A DNA stretch of 63,997 nt, filler included, from Phoronis australis (taxonomy: Eukaryota > Animalia > Phoronida), in the NCBI GenBank assembly GCA_002633005.1. It is 5 parts of 5 records of this genome, joined end to end, with 100 filler letters (N's around TTAATTAATTAA, not from the genome) between each part and the next. Parts side by side here need not be neighbours in the genome. Positions count along the whole stretch, not along the records: positions 62,985 to 63,997 come from NMRA01003951.1; 4 more parts are not named here. One strand, 5' to 3'. The translations under genes were made by a program, and so were the position numbers. Shown here piece by piece: positions 63,079 through 63,997 of the stretch. Position 1 is the first letter of the stretch, and each line of letters starts with the position of its first letter. The notes under the pieces were generated by a model. It saw only the letters and a list, made by a program, of their open reading frames with translations, searched no databases and had not been told where the DNA came from.

Positions 63079-63997
63079 AGACTGTAATATATGAGCGTGA
63101 TGTATTTACAGCAGCTATAAATCCACTCTGTGCAAACAAGACCAACTTTTGATTTAGACCACAAACAGAAGAAAATTTGATTTCTGAGCTTTGGAGAACT
63201 ATGGTCCTTATTGCTTGAGGCTGTTCTCAGTGCACAAAGTGACCCACCATGTTTAGTCAACCTTCTGAGCCTAATCAGAAGCAATAACCATTTTTCAAGT
63301 TTTTCACAAGCCAATAAATAACCTCTAACCCAGATTAGGAGAACCAGTTTTATAATGGCAAGAGGTCTAAATGAAAAGTTATGTTTTGAGAGTATGCAGA
63401 TCTACAGAAGCTCTAACTGGACCTAAGATTATCTAGCGCCCTGCAGCTGTAATGGAGGACACCTGGTGGAGGAATGAATGACTCTCGGCAGGCACAGCAG
63501 TAAAGGAGAAGTTCAAAAGGAATAACGATAGTCGAGCTGCTGACACGGAGAGCTACAGTAACCAGTATACGTAGAACTAAAAGTCATCTTTAAACAAGAA
63601 GTCACAACACAGTCTTGTAATTAGTCAACACATTACCTCAATGTACCTAGACTTCTAAAATGCAACATAAATCTCAAGTAATATTTGTCTAAAACAAGAT
63701 ATGCCTACTATGTGAATTTCTATTACTCAAATGTCAACAGTCGCACACGATCTAGAAGAGTACTCCTCTCAAAAGCTCAACTCATGGAGATCAACTGCCA
63801 ATAAGTGAAGCAAATAAATTATCACAATTAATGTGTCTTTGTGCATCGGACATCCTTAAGTAACACGTAGTCTTTAATTCACTTCGCGTAACTTCATTAC
63901 TGTTCACTCACCGTCGGTCTTTGATGAACGAATAGTAGTGTCCAGCATTGGCCTGGCCACTGTGAACTACTACACCCACTAGTTCATAGTTCATGTG

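Overview
This is eukaryotic DNA, not a prokaryotic locus: it is AT-rich with spliceosomal introns, probably from a marine invertebrate (lophotrochozoan-like, inferred). Four identical artificial 100-bp linkers (44 N + TTAATTAATTAA + 44 N at 20515, 43375, 47774, 62885) join five apparently unrelated scaffolds, so genes in different segments are not neighbours. Segment 1 (1-20514) holds an intronless 615-aa acidic ORF with repeated V-x-D-L-x-x-x-F-E motifs and a C-terminal basic/CCC tail, a ~3-kb tandem duplication whose first copy carries a Harbinger-type MITE, and a hAT transposase relic whose coding sequence appears amplified into a ~4.4-kb satellite. Segment 2 (20615-43374) holds six consecutive in-phase exons of a protein kinase D gene (PH domain plus kinase N-lobe), a Kolobok-like element with a decayed THAP domain, an antisense coiled-coil/89-aa-repeat ORF, a CARD-domain exon and a HINE-like repeat array. 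Segment 3 holds the 5' exons of a type II membrane protein resembling invertebrate TNF ligands, with NF-kB and IRF sites upstream. Segment 4 holds a mucin-like 24-bp VNTR exon and a Penelope GIY-YIG relic with a degenerate hammerhead motif. I found no CRISPR array, rRNA or tRNA, and no clear multi-gene novel system. The best novelty candidates are the 615-aa orphan, the transposase-derived satellite and the nested antisense ORF. All family assignments come from recalled motifs; no database search was run.
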